From the human T2T-CHM13v2.0 reference genome, Homo sapiens: a stretch of DNA of 64,000 nt. The notes below the pieces were generated by a model. The model ran no database searches and was not told the DNA's origin. It worked only from the letters and a program-made list of their open reading frames with translations. Positions within the stretch are counted from its first letter, which is position 1; the number at the start of each line of letters is the position of its first letter. Shown here in pieces: positions 44,945 through 59,619 of this stretch. The stretch lies in the NCBI RefSeq assembly GCF_009914755.1, contig NC_060929.1; one strand, 5' to 3'. The position numbers and the translations under genes were made by a program.

Positions 44945-46319
44945 CTATCTATCTAGGGCTCTCTTCTATTTGAAATCTTAGTCCCACGTTTTGTTTAGCT
45001 TAATGCTAAACAAAATGATATGGTTTCAAAAAAGAAACACCTGAATTTGAATTATAAATAATATGGTTTCAAAACAGAAAAAAAATCTGCTTTTACATTT
45101 TAAAATGACAAATTTTACTTCAACAATTTAATTAAATTATTAATACTAATTTTAAAACATTTCATAATTTTTTTACCCAGAAAAAATATTACTTCATGGA
45201 ATATTTGGTTTTCTATTGGAAAAAGCTATAATGAACCAAAAATAATATGAACAAAAAAATACAAAATAAATATATTTAATAAGTTTCCAGCCACTGTTTT
45301 AAAACTTTTGCCTATAACTTGTCATATAATTTTCTCAAAGGTATTGTTATTTGTCCTTACAGATTAAAAATATGTATATTGAAACACCTGAAAAAGTCTA
45401 AGCATTCCCCTCTTTTTGTCCTCCCTCTTCTGCCTGAATAGACTCTGCTCATGGTCTATCATTAAGTTCTACTATTCTTAAATAATAAATGTCTATCTCA
45501 CTCGATCTACCTCTCTCATTTAAAAAGCAAGAGAACAATTTTCTCTTGAAAGGTTAGTTCAGTGAAAAGGAGCTTACATAAAAATGCACACAATTTGTTA
45601 ATGCTAGCAAATTTCAGTTGAAGAGATAAACACACAGATAAATGACGGTTTGATGACTTTGATGAATTTAATATTTCACTCACCTAGTAACACTTTACTC
45701 ATGCTGATTCAAGTCTTAGAGTTTGCAATTCTATAATCATGTTAAGATAAAATTAATTAGAATGAAATAATACCTATCCTTTTTCTCACAACACACATGC
45801 AACTAAGTAAGCTTTATCAAATGAAGTTCAACAATATTTTCTTAATAACATACACAAAGACATATTCCAGCAACACCTAAGGAGCGCTTTTCCAATGTAA
45901 TAAGGGAATTACAATATAGATATCTACATTATAAATATTTCAAAAGTAAATAAGAAAGAAATTATTCATAAGCAGGTGGAGAAAAGTAGAATAAGAAAAG
46001 GATGGATTGACTTGTTAAGCTCTTCTCCATCCTTAATTCCTCTACCATATGCTTGTGGAAAGGAGAGAGAATTCTAGAGACTGAGGGAATATTACATGAA
46101 GGGCAGCAACAAATTTAGAGGCTCAAAAAATAGATGTGTTTATTTTTAATAAGTATTACATATATATAAGCTACATATTATTAAAGATGATTTTTATAAT
46201 CATCAAAATTCATCCTGAATAAGACTATGCATAAACATGTTTTTATAAATGAGTGAATACATTTTAAAAGGAATAACACAGACACACAATATATTATAAG
46301 ATACACTTCATGCAGAGAT

Positions 46320-49300
46320 TATTTATTATTTTACTTTGGGATACAGGTGCAGAATGTGCAGGTGTGTTACATAGGTATACATGTGACATGGTGGCTTGCT
46401 GCACTTATTGACCCGTCCCCTAGATTCCCTCCACTCAGCCCCCAAACCCCAACAGGCTCTGTTGTCTGTTGTTCCCCTCCCTGTGTCCATGTGTCCTCAT
46501 TGTTCAACTCTCACTTATAAGCGAGAACATGTCTTCTTTGGTTTTCTGTTCCTGTGTTAGCTTGCAGAGGATGATGGCTTCCAGCTTTATCCATGTCCCT
46601 GCAAAGGACATGATCTCATTTGTTTTTATGGCTGCATAGTATTCCATGGTGTATCTGTACCATATTTTCTTTTTCCAGTCTGTCATTGATGGACTTTTGG
46701 GTTGGTTTCACGTCTTTGTTATTGTAAATAGAGCTTCAATAAACATACATGTGCATGTGTCTTTATAGTAGAATGATTTATATTCTTTGGGGTATATACC
46801 CAGTAATGGAATTGCTGGGTCAAATGGTATTTCTGGTTCTAGACCTTTGAAGAATCACCACACTGCCTTTCACAATGGTTGAGCTAATTTACATTCCCAC
46901 CAACAATGTAAAGCGTTCTTATTTCTCTGTAGCCTTCCAACATCTATTGTTTCTTGACATTTTAATAATTGACATTCTGCTTGTCATGAAATTGTGTCTA
47001 ATTTTGGTTTTGATTTGCATTTCTCTAATAATCAGTGATGTTGAGCTTTTCTAATGTTTTTTGGCCACATAAATGTCTTATTTTAAGAAATGTCTTTGCC
47101 CAGTTTTCAATGGGATTGTTTGTTTGTTACTTGTAAATTTGTTTAAGTTCCTTGTAGATTGTGGATATTAGAGCTTTGTCGGATGGGTAGATTGCAAAAA
47201 ATTTCTTCCATTCTGTAGGTTGCCTGTTCACTCTGATGACAGTTTATTTTGCTGTGCAGAAGCTCTGTATTAGATCTCATTTGTTAATTGTGGCTTTTGA
47301 TGCAATTGCTTTTGGCGTTTTCGTCATGAAGTCTTTGCCCATGCCCATGTCTTGAATGTTATTGCCTAGGTTTTCTTCTCGGGTTTTTATGATTTTGGGT
47401 TTTACATTTAAGTCTTTAACTCATCTTGAGTTAATTTTTGTATAATGTGTAAGGAAGAGATCCAGTTTCAGTTTTCTGCATATGGCTAGCTGGTTGTCTC
47501 AGCACCATTTATTGAATAGGAAATCCTTTCCCTATTGCTTCTTTTTGTCAGGTTTGTCAAAGATCAGATGGTTGTAGATGTGTGGTGTCATTTCTGAGGT
47601 CTCTGTTCTGTTCCATTTATCTATATATCTGTTTTTGTAGTAGTACCGTGGTGTTTTGGTTACTGTAGCCTTGTAGCATAGTTTGAAATCAGGAGTGATG
47701 CCTCTGGCTTTGTTCTTTTTGCTTAGGATCGTCTTGGCTATACAGGCTCTTCTTTGGTTCCATATGAAATTTAAAGTAGTTGTTTGAATTCTATGAAGAA
47801 TGTCAATGGTAGTTTGATGGGAATAGCATTAAACCTATAAATTACTTTGGGCAGTATGGCCATTTTCATGATATTGATTCTTCCTATACATGAGCCTGGA
47901 ATGCTTTTCCATTTGTTTGTGTCCTCTCTTATTTCCTTGAGCAGTTGTTTGTAGTTCTTCTTGAAGAGGTCCTTCACATCTTTTGTTAGCTGTATTCCTA
48001 GGTATTTTATTCTCTTTGCAACAATTGTGAATGGGAGTTCATTCATGAGTTGGCTCTGTGTTTGTCTATTGTTAGTGTAAAGGAATGCTTGTGACTTTTG
48101 CACATTGATTTTGGATCCTGAGACTTTGCTGAAGTTGCTTATCAGCTTAAGGAGTTTTGGGGCTGAAACAATGGGGTATTCTAAATATAGAATTATGTCA
48201 TTTGCAAAGAGAGACAATTTGACTTCCTCTCTATTTGCATATGCTTTCTTTCTTTTTTTTTTTTTTTTTTTTGCCTGATTGCCCTAGTCAGAACTTCCAA
48301 TAATATGTTTCACAGGAATGGTGAGAGAGAAGGCATCCTTGTCTTTCACTGGTGTTGGAAGGGAATGCTTCCAGCTTTTGCCCATTCAATATGATATTGG
48401 GTGTCGGTTTGTCTTGAATATCTCTTATTATTTTGAGATATGTTCCATCAATACCTGGTTTATTGAGAGTTTTTAACATGAAGGGATGTTGAATTATATC
48501 AAACGCTTTTTCTGCATCTATTGAGATAATCATGTGGTTTTTGTCTTTGGTTCTGTTTATGTGACGGATTACATTTACTGATTTGCATATGTTGAACCAA
48601 ACTTGCATCCCAGGGATGAAGCCAACTTGATTGTGGTGGACAAGTTTTTTGATGTGCTGTTGTATTTGGTTTGCCAGTATTTTATTGAGGATTTTCGCAT
48701 CGATGTTCATCAGGGATATTGGCCTGAAGTTTTCCCTTTTTTGTTGTGTTTCTGCCAGGTTTTGGTATCAGGATGACGGTGGTTTCATAAAATGAGTTAG
48801 GAGGCCTGGTGCGGTGGCTCACGCCTGTAATCCCAGCAATTTGAGAAGCCGAGGCAGGTGGATCACGAGGTCAGGAGTTCGAGACCAGCCTGGCCAGCAT
48901 GGTGAAAACCCTGTCTCTACTAAAAATACAAAAACTTAGCCAGGCATGGTGGCACGCACCTGTAGTCCCAACTACTCGGGAGGCTGAGACAGGAGAATTG
49001 CTTGAACCCAGCAGGTGGAGGTTGCTGTCAGCCAAGATTGCACCACTGCACTCCAGCCTGGGTGACAGAGTGAGACTCCACCTCAATAAATAAATAAATA
49101 AATAAGTAAAATGAGTTAGGGTTAGGGAGGAGTCCCTCCTTTTAGTGTTTGAAATAGTTTCAGAAGGAATGGTACCAGCTCCTCTTTGTACTTCTGTTAG
49201 TATTTGACTGTCAATCCATCTGGTTCTGGGCTTTTTTTTTTTTTTTTTTTTTTTTTGGTTGGTAGACTATTAATTACTGCCTCAATTTCAGGGGTTATAT

Positions 49301-52300
49301 TGGTCTGTTTAGGGATTCGACTACTTCCTGGTTTAGTTTTGGGAAGATGTATGCATCCAGGAATTTATACATTACTTCTAGATTTTTTAGTTTATTTGTG
49401 TAGGGGTGTTTATAGTTTTCTCTGACGATAGTTTGTATTTCTGTGGGGTCAGTTGTGATATCCCCTTGATCATCTTTTTATTGTGTCTATTTGGTTCTTC
49501 TCTCTTTTCTTCTTTATTATTCTTCTAGCAGTCTATTTTGTTAATTTTTTCAAAAAAAGACAGTTCCAGGATTCATTGATTTTTTGGAAAGTTTTTCATG
49601 TCTCTATCTCCTTCAATTCTGCTTTGATTTTAGATATTTCTTGTCTTCTTCTAGCTTTGGATTAGTTATCTCTTACTTCTCTAGCTCCTTTCATTGTGTT
49701 GTTAGGGTGTTGATTTGAGACTATTCTAGCTTTCAGATGTGGGCACTTTAGTGCTATAAATTTCCATCTTAACACTGCTTTAGCTGTATCCCAGAGATTC
49801 TGGTACGTTTTCTCTTTGCTCTCATTGGTTTCAAACAACTTCTTGATTTCTGCCTTAATTTCATTATTTACTTAGGAGTCATTCAGGAGCAGCTTGTTCA
49901 ATTTCCATGTAATTTTGTGGTTTTGCGTGAGTTTTTAAATTCTGAGTTCTAATTTGATTTCACTGTGGTTTGAGTGACTGTTTGTTATGGTTCCCATTCT
50001 TTTGCATTTGCTGAGGAGCGTTTTACTTGCAAATATGTGATCAATTTAAGAATAAGTGCCATGTGGCACTAAGAATAATATATATTCTGTTGATTTGGGG
50101 TGAAGAGTTTTGAAGATATCTATTAGGTCAACTTGATCCAGAGCTGAGTTCAAGTCCTGAATATCCTTGTTAATTTTCTGTCTTGTTGATCTATCTAACA
50201 TTGACAGTGGGGTGTTAAAATATCCCACTATTATCATATTGGAGTGTAAGTCTCCTTGTAGGTCTTTAAGAACTTGTTCTATGAAGCTGGGTGCTCCCAT
50301 ATTGGATGCATATATATTTAGAATAGTTAGTTCTTCTTGTTGAATTGATCCCTTTACCATTATGTAATGCCCTCTTTGTCTTTTTTTTTTTATCTTTGTT
50401 CATTTAAACTCTGTTTGTCTGAGACTAGGATTGCAACCCCTGCCGTTTTTTTTTTTTCTTTCCATTTGCTGGGTCAATTTTCTTCCATCCCTTTATTTTG
50501 AGCCTATGTGTGTCTTTGCATGTGAGATGGGTCTCCTGAATATAGCACACTGATGGGTCTTGACTTTTTATCCAATTTTCCAGCCCGTATTTTTTAATTG
50601 GGGCATTTAGCCCATTTACATTTAAGGTTAGTATTGTTATGTGTGACTTTGATCCTCTCGTCATGATGCTATCTAGTGATTTTGCACACTAGTTGATGCA
50701 GTTACTTTATAGTGTCATTGGTGTTTAAATTTTGGTGTGTTTTTGCAGTGGCTGGTAGCACTTTTTTCTTTGTATATTTCATGCTTCCTTCAAGACCTCT
50801 TGCAAGGCAGGCCTGGTGGTGATGAAATCCCTCACAGTTTACTTGTCTGGAAAGGATTTTATTTCTCCTTTGCTTATGAAGCTTAGTTTGGCTGGATATG
50901 AAACTCTGGGCTGAAGATTCTTTTCTTTAAGAATCCTGAATATTGGCCCCCACTCTCTTCTGGCTTGCATGGTTTCTGCTGAGAGGTCCAATGTTAGTTT
51001 GATGGGCCTCCCTTTGTAGGTGACTTGGCCTTTCTTTCTGGCTGACCTTAACATTTTTTCCTTCATTTCAACCTTGGAGAATCTTATGGCTATGTGTCTT
51101 GGAGTTGATTTTCCTGTGGAGTATCTTAGTGGTGTTCTCTGTATTTCCTGAATTTGGATGTTGGCCTGTCTTGCTATGTTGGGGAAGTTCTCCTGGATTA
51201 CATCCTGAAGTGTGTTTTCCAGCTTGTTTCCATTCTGCCTGTCTCCTTCAGATAATCCAATCAATCATAGGTTCGGTCTTCTTATGGAGTCCCATATTTC
51301 TCGGAGGCTTTGTTCATTCCTTTTTATTCTTTTCTCTCTAATTTTGTCTGCATGCCTTATTTCAGCAAGGTGGCCTTCAAACTCTGATATCCTGTCCTCC
51401 GCTTGTTTGATTCAGCCATTGACACTTGTGTATGTTTCATGAAGTTCTTGTGCTGTGTTTTTCAGCTCCATCAGGTCATTTATGTTCCTCTCTAAACTGG
51501 TTATTCTAGTTAGCAGCTCCTCTAACCTGTTATCAAGGTTCTTAGCTTCTTTGCATTGGGTTAGAACAGGCTCCTTTAGCTCAGCAGAGTTTGTTTTTAC
51601 CCATCTTCTGAAGCCTACCTCTGTCAATTGGTCCAGCTCATCCTTCGACCAGTTCTGTGCCCTTGCTGTAGAGGTGTTGCAATCACTTGGAGGAGAAAAG
51701 CCACTCTGGCCTTTTGGGATTTTAGTGTTTCTTCATTGAATCTTTGTCACCTTCATGAGTTTGTTTAGTTTAGATCTTTGAGGCTGCTGAATCTTGGATG
51801 AGGTTTTTGTGGGGACTTCGTTGTTGTTGTTGATGCTGTTGTTGTTGCTTTCTGTGTATTTGTTTTTCTTTCAATGATCAGGTCCCTCTTCTGTAGGGCT
51901 GCTGCAGTTTGCTGAGGGTTCACTTCAGGCCATATTCATCTGGTTCGCTCCCATGCCTGAAGATACCACTCAAGGAGGCTGGAGAACAGCAAAGGTAGGT
52001 GCCTGCTTCTTCCTCTGGGATCTCTGACTTCGAGGGGTACCAACCTGATCTCAGTAGCATCACTCCTGTATAGGGTGTCTGACAAACCCTGTTGGGTCTC
52101 ACCCAGTTGGGTGGCATGAGGAACAGGACCCGTTTAATGAAGCACTTTGTCCTTTGGTGAGACGGAGTATGCTTTGCTGTGGGGAAACCCACTTGTCTGA
52201 TCTGCCTGGATTCCTCAGAACTACCAGTAGGAAAGGCTAAGTCTGCCACTCCTCTCCCTAGGAGCTCAGGTCCAGGAAGATCAGAGTTCTGTCCCTGAAT

Positions 52301-53048
52301 CCCTGGCTGGAGTTGTTGGAGTTCCTGCAGGGAGGTCCTGCCCAGTGAGGAGGGATGGGTCAGGGTCAGTCCTGAAGAAGTGCTCTGTAGTCTGCCACAG
52401 CTGGTGTGTTGGGCTGTGGGGGGCACCTCTAGGGACCAAGCTGTCCAGCCTCCCTGGCTCCAGCAGGGCAAAAGCACAGCCTGGAACTGTAGAAGGGGCT
52501 GCCACCCTTCCCCTGCCCAGGGAACTTAGCGTGTTAGGCAGCTATCAGTCCCAGTGCTGGCTGCTGCCCCTCCCCTAAGGAGCTCAAATGGCTTAGACAG
52601 CAGGCAGCTGCAGCTGTGGTGCTGGTCAACCCTCCCCGCAGGAACTTGGAAGTCTTAAGCAGATTATAGCTGAGAGGCTGTTGAGAATCTGCGTGGCTCT
52701 GGTGTTGGGACCCTAGGCCCTCGGGGGCAAGGGTTCACCAAGTGGGATCTTCCGGATCTGTGGGTTGTACAGTTCTGTGAAAAAAGCACAGCTTCCCCAG
52801 CTGGGTAGCACACTCATTGCCTCTCTTGACTGGGGGGTGGGTGCCCCCCTACCCCATGTGGCTCTGAGCTGGGCTGCCACACCACATGGCTCTTCCTCTC
52901 CGTGGGTCACACCAGTTGCCTAGTCAGTTCTGATGAGAGAACCTGGATACCTCAGTTGCCAGTGCAGGATTCACATGTATTATGTTTATTTTTGATGGGA
53001 GCCTCTGATTCCTGCTGCTTCTACTGGACCATCTTGTCCCCGCCCAAC
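46320..53048 (-). mobile_element. Full-length inactive L1PA (roughly L1PA7-L1PA10 age): 5' UTR, ORF1, ORF2, 3' UTR
   Basis: 5' end reads GGGCGGGACAAGATGG (YY1-type) on minus; ORF1 remnants (ENFPNIARQANIQIQEIQRTP); ORF2 EN start at 50664 (SHITILTLNVNGLN); [12 protein letters not shown]; multiple stops and frameshifts. Confidence 0.95.
48803..49106 (+). mobile_element. AluSg-like inserted antisense into L1 ORF2
   Basis: GGATCACGAGGTCAGGAGTTCGAG; (TAAA)n tail; TSD TAAAATGAGTTAGG at 48788-48801 and 49107-49120. Confidence 0.93.
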
Positions 53049-53570
53049 CTCACTGATGTATAATTATTTTTAATTATTTTTCTTTAATTTTAAGTGCTGG
53101 AAATCTGAACTATTTGTATTTAGTTTATAATTAAAATAGTTTGTAACAATTAAACTTACATGATGTTTTGGCTTTTCCCATGTTAATCATAGTTTAAATA
53201 TTGTATGACAACATTTTATTTTTAATACAAGCCTATTTAGTTAAATTAAATTTATTCAGAATATTCTGTTTTGTATTTATCCATTGTATAGTTCTAGAAA
53301 CTAAGGGAAGGAAAACCTAAAAATTTTGTCTAAAAGCTCACATTTCTTAGCTCCTAATATGCTAAATGAATTTACAGTTGATAATTATAGTTTAAGTGTA
53401 AAAAAACTAGTAAAATATTATAAATAACTTACATTTAAAGTTCAAACATTTTCTATTTTCTATTAGAATATTTTAAAATACAAACTTAGATTTTAATGTA
53501 CCTTATGTCATATTTTTACAACATCTATATTTAACGTATACTCTAAGGTATACTTAGATTAGGGTTATAA

Positions 53571-53925
<355 letters not shown>

Positions 53926-54909
53926 CTATATCTTTTATTCTGAGTGATTCATATAGCTATTACTATTTATTTGTTTGATTGTTTGTACATTATTTTCACT
54001 ATCGATGCACTTTCAAACCTCCTTGATGTTGACATTCAGAAGGTTGACTTCTAGGCACTGCTTCCACCGAGGTGCCTTGACCTCTCGTTGTGGCTTTTCT
54101 AAGCCAAGGCGAGATAGGAGTAGAGAAAAGTAGGGTACATGCTACCCTGGTTCCTCTCCTTGGTAGGCCATGGTTTGCTAGTGCCTGCTTGGTAAATCTT
54201 ATGCCATAGTGACTATTTTTTACTGTTTGCTGTAGCTTCTGCCCTAGCATAATGTGGACAACTTCATTCTACATTTACCCTTCAGTCTTAAGGGTAATAA
54301 AATTTTCCTTTCTATTAGTCTTAATTCTATTTTTTTAAAACTTCTCATGTCTAGTATAGAATGCTTTCATTATACTGTCTTCAACTATCCCCTTTTTCAA
54401 TATGCCACCTGTTTCTTGCTGGGATGCTGACATTTTCAAGTTATCTAATTTTGGAAAAAGTTAAGTTCAAGAAGTATAGTAATATTGTAGCATCTAATGC
54501 CATCTTAGATCAGCTGGCAATTTAGAAGTAAGTAAATAGTACTTTGAAAATGATTAAAGACATATATATTGAAGTGTTGGAAAAAATGAGCATATTAATG
54601 AAAGTCTATACAGGAAATTAAAATGAAAATAAAATACCTTAGAGGATTCCAATAAAATAATGTGTATTTGTCTTTAGAAACACAGGTGAATGATACCAAT
54701 AGATTTTTTTTTTAAATGATAAAAATCATTTTTTATGATTTTTTAATGATTTTTTATGATATCAAAGTCTAATATCAAAAATGATATTAGATATCATTCT
54801 TGGTATCTAATGATACCAATATATTTTTCAAAAAAAATAAAAAAATGATGAGGTTTTTTTTTTTTCTTATATCTGACTCCATTTTCAAATAATGGTAACA
54901 TGGTACCAT

Positions 54910-56762
54910 TTCTTTTCTTTAAATTTTATTTTGTTGTGTCAAGAACACTTACCATGAGGTCTACCCACTTAACAATTTTTAAAGTCTACAATACTGTACT
55001 GTTGACTACAGGTACAGTGTTGTAGGGCAGCTCTCTAGAATTCATTCATCTTATTTAACTGAAAGTTTATGCCTTTGATTAGTAGCTCCCCATTTCTTCA
55101 TCCACCCAGTCCCTGGCAACCAACATCCCACTCTCTGATTCTATGAATTTGACTACTTTGGATACTTATTTATATAAGTGGAATTGTATAGTATTTGTCC
55201 TTCTGTGATTGGCTTATTTCACATTTTTTCATAACATCCTCAAGGTTCATCCATGTTGTTCCATATTACAAAATCTCCTTCTTCTGAAAGGTGAATAATA
55301 TTCTGTCATATGTGTGTATATACCACATTTCTTACCATTTTATATAAGGTAAGGTATTTAAGTTGTTTCTACATCTTGGGTATTGTGAACAGTCCTGAGG
55401 TTTTGTCATATGTAGCTTTTATTTTGATGAGGTACATTCATTATATGATTTATGGTTGAGGGTTTCTTTATCCTAAAAGTGTTTTGAGTTTTGTCAAATG
55501 CCTTTTCTGCATCTGTTTAGATGACCATATGGTTCTGTCAATGAGGTAAATTACATTTATAGATTTGCATAGGTTGAACCATTTTTGCATTCCAGCATTA
55601 AATGCCACTTAATCATGATATGACCCTTTTAATGTGCTGGTAAATTCAGATTGCTAGTATTTTGTTGAGAATTTTTACACCTATGTTTATCAGGGGAATT
55701 GGTCTCCAATTTTATTTTCTTCTAATGTCTTAGGCTTTGGTATCAGGGGAATGCAGAACTTATAAATGAGTATGGAAAAATTTCCTCTTCTTAAATTCTT
55801 TTAAAGAGTTTGAGAAGGATTTGCATTCTTTCTTCTTTAAAGGTTTGATAGAATTTAACCATGAAACTATTAGGTCCTAGGCTTTGCTTAGATGTAGGAT
55901 TTTTGTTACTGATTCACTCTCCCTACTTGTTGTTGGTCTGTTCAGATTTTCTTCATTATTCAGGTTGTATGCTTCTAGGAACTTATTCAATTCTTTTAAG
56001 TTATCCAATTTGATGACATGTAATTGTTTATAGTAGTCTCTTATTTTCTGCATTTCTGTGGTGATATGGTTTGGCTGTGTCCCCACCCAAATCTCATCTT
56101 TAATTCCTGCGTATTGTGTGAGGGACCCAGTGGGAGGTAATTGAATCATGCAGGCAAGTCTTCCCCATGCTGTTCTCAAGATAGTAAGTCTCTCACAAGA
56201 TCTGATGGTTTTATAAAGAGAAGTTTCCCTGAACAAGTTATCTCTCTCTTTTTGCCTGCAGCCATCCATGTTAGATCTGACTTGCTCCTCCTTGCCTTCC
56301 ACCATGATTGTGAGGCCTCACAGCCATGTGGAACTGTAAGTCCATTAAACCTCTTTTTCTTCCCAGTCTTATCAGCAGCATAAAAATGGACTAATACATG
56401 TGGATTCAGGCATAGTGTTTCCTCTTTATTTTCTGATTTTATTCATTTGAGACTTCTCTTTTTTTATTAGCCTAGCTAAACTTTTGTCAAATCTTTTTTA
56501 TATTTTTAAATAACGATTTCTTTATTGATTTGATTTTTTTCTATTGTTTTTCTAGTCTCTATTCCATTTACCATCTAGTCTCCATTTCTTAGGTTTTTCT
56601 AGACTCTACATTTTTTATTCCTGCTCTGATCTTTGTTATTTTTTTTCTTCTACTAACATTGGGCTTTGTTTATTCTTCTTTCTCTAGTTTCTTGAGATGT
56701 AATGTTAGGTTATATACTTGAGATGTTTCTCTTTTTTAATGTTAGTGTGTATCGCTATAAAG
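54910..56762 (-). mobile_element. L1MA 3' end (to ~55395) plus antisense ORF2 segment
   Basis: CATGAGGTCTACCCACTTAACAATTTTTAAAGT..CTCTAGAATTCATTCATCTT (antisense L1MA 3' UTR), then antisense ORF2 sequence. Confidence 0.8.
56062..56398 (+). mobile_element. THE1 solo LTR nested in L1
   Basis: TGATATGGTTTGGCTGTGTCCCC...GGACTAATACA; exact TSD TGTGG at 56057-56061 and 56399-56403. Confidence 0.93.
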
Positions 56763-58205
56763 TTCACATAGAAAAATGGAACAAAATGGAGACCCCAGAA
56801 ATAAACCCACACACATATGGTTAATAATTAATTTTTACAAATGAATCAGGAATACACAATGGGGAAATGATAGACTGTCCAATAAGTAGGTTGGCAAAAC
56901 TGGATATCCACATTCAAAAAAAATGAAATTGAATGCTTCTCTTACACTATACTTGAAAATTAATTTAAAATGGATTAAAGACTTAAATATAAAACCTGAA
57001 AACATAATACTGCTAGATGAAAATGTAGGGGATAATCTCCTTTACATTGGCCTCAGCAATAATATTTTAGATTTGACCTCAAAAACACAGCCAATAAAAG
57101 CAAAAATTAAACAAGTGGACTACATCAAACTAAAAAACATTTTGCATATAAGAGACAACAATCGACAAAATGAATAGACAACCTATGAAATGGGAATGGG
57201 AAAAATATTTGTAAATCATATGTCCAGCAAGTAATTTAATATCTAAAATTAAACAGGGGCAAAAAGTCTTAATAGACGTTGTCCCAAAGACATACAAATG
57301 TCCATCAGGTATATGAAATGATGTTCAACTTCACTAATCACCAGGGAAATGCGAACTAACACCAAAATGAAATACTACCTTGCACCTGCTAGAATGGCTA
57401 ATCAAAACCTAAAAGATAAATGTTGCTGAGAATGGAAAGAAAAGGGAAGTCTTTTACAGGCAGACTGTAGATTGGTACCGCCATTATGGAAAACAGTATG
57501 GATATTCCTCAAAAGGTTAAAAATAGATTTTCTGTTTGATGCCGTAATCTTACTTCTAGCTGTGTATGCAAAGGAAATAAAACCACAATCTTGCAGAGAC
57601 ACGTGAATTCCCCTGGGAGCATTATTCAATTAGCCAAGCTGTAGAAACAATGTAAATATCTATCAACAGATGAGTTGACAAAGAAAACATTGGTATACTT
57701 CCACCATGAAACATTATTGAGCCATAAAAAAGAAGAAAACCCCACCATTTGCAAGAACACGGCTGAAATTCGAGGGGATTATGCCAAGTGAAGTGAGCCA
57801 GACACAGAAAGATAAATAGCGCATAATCTCACTTATGTGTGGAATCTTAAAAAAGAAATTGGACTCATAATAATGAAGAATAGAATGGCATTTACCATGG
57901 AAATGGAGGGCTTGGGGGAAAGCGGAGACATTGGACAAAGGGTACAAATCTTCAGCTACAACCTAAATAACTACTGGAGACCTACTGTCAGCCTGGCGAT
58001 TACAGTTAATAATAACATATTGCATGTTTGTAATTTGCTAAGAGCAGATCTGAAGTGTTCTCATGGCACATACAAAAAGGTAATTATGTGAGGCGATGGA
58101 TGTGTTTATTAGATTATGCTAATCACTTCACAACTTATACATATATTAAAATGGCAAGTCATACACCCCAAATGTATTCAATTGTCATCTGATTTCTTAA
58201 GAAAA
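56763..58205 (+). mobile_element. L1MA ORF2 end plus 3' UTR
   Basis: KINLKWIKDLNIKPE..DYIKLK remnants; L1MA-type 3' UTR. Confidence 0.85.
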
Positions 58206-59619
58206 TTATAAAATTATATAACTATATAAAAGATGGCAATAGAAAAAATAGTTATGCTTGGTACATTCTTTCCTAAAGGCCTTAGTGTATGACTTTCAAA
58301 GATTACGTAAGTTTTGTTTTTGTTTTGTAATAGTTAATAAGAAAAGAGGGGATGTAGAAGATTTCTCAAGTTAATTTCAAGAAAAGTAATTTCTTTATAC
58401 CTGAAAGTGCAATATATTTGATTATCCAACTTGTAAACACAATTTTAAGATATATTTACTTTCAAAAGTAAAAGTAAAAAATGCCTCTAAAGTCTAATTT
58501 TAAATTAAAATTTAGTCAAAATAGTTTTGATTATATTTTTTCCAACTGTGCTAGGTAAAGTATATGAGGATGATGCAAAGGGGAAAAAAACACATAAGCA
58601 TCCAGAGCAATCTCAAACACAGGGAGCTCAGGAAAACAAACCATGCATTTAAAATATTCAGAATGCTTTGCAGTGTTTATTTATCGTAGGAGCCACAGCT
58701 CTTCAAATCTAATGATGAATCAGGTGACCAACCACCAGGAACACTAATCTTTAATCAACCCATATTTGAAGCATGAAATTCCCACCCTAGGAAGATGATT
58801 AGTTAATTTAATGGCTGTAGAATTGTCAAATAGGAAATGTGTATAGAAGAGTAATTTAGAATGTTGCTGTCTGTTATTACTCTTACAATTTGAAGAGTAA
58901 AATGTCTCTTTATCTGGAACTTACATGATGATTTTTCCAACAAAATAATTTCCAAATAGATCACATAGAAAATGTCTCTTTTAATATACTTTACAGTAGT
59001 AAAACTATAACATCTCAATTGTTTTTTTTAAATAAATTTGAATAATGGTTTAGGTCATTTGATAAATATCACCTTGTAACTAATAAGATGAAACAAGGCT
59101 AAATAGGACCAATTAAGCACGTGATTTAAATATCGATATGTAGTGAGTAAAAGAGTAATCCAACTACCAGTAGAAGATTACTACATTTAGTACTATAACA
59201 AGTATAACACTGTTCCTAAAAAAAAGTGCTTTCTTATGTTTAAGATTTATTTTAATGTCAAACACAAATAATTAGATCTTTAAATGAACAATTTGGGAGT
59301 TAAATCCATTGCTTCTGATTTTTATAGATTTTATGGTCTAGGAAATCTATACTGTCTGATTTGATCCCATTTAACTGTAAGATTTTTACACATGTTGCAC
59401 TCTACTAGCTGGCAGGAAAATTATTTTAATCGACTGAATGAAAGTATTATTTCATGTAAAAGTTTATTATATCAAGGAAATGATTTAGGTCAGAAGCTAG
59501 AATCTATATAAAGTCAGCTTTTGAAAATAAAGACAGACAAATCTTTTTTTACATTATTATAAAAGAGCTAAGTTGCAAACAACTATCCTTGAGACCAGAC
59601 CATTTTTTTTTAAGCTGAA

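Noticed and set aside
46320-53048. Retrotransposition-competent L1
   Set aside because: ORF1 and ORF2 are broken into many short fragments and interrupted by an Alu.
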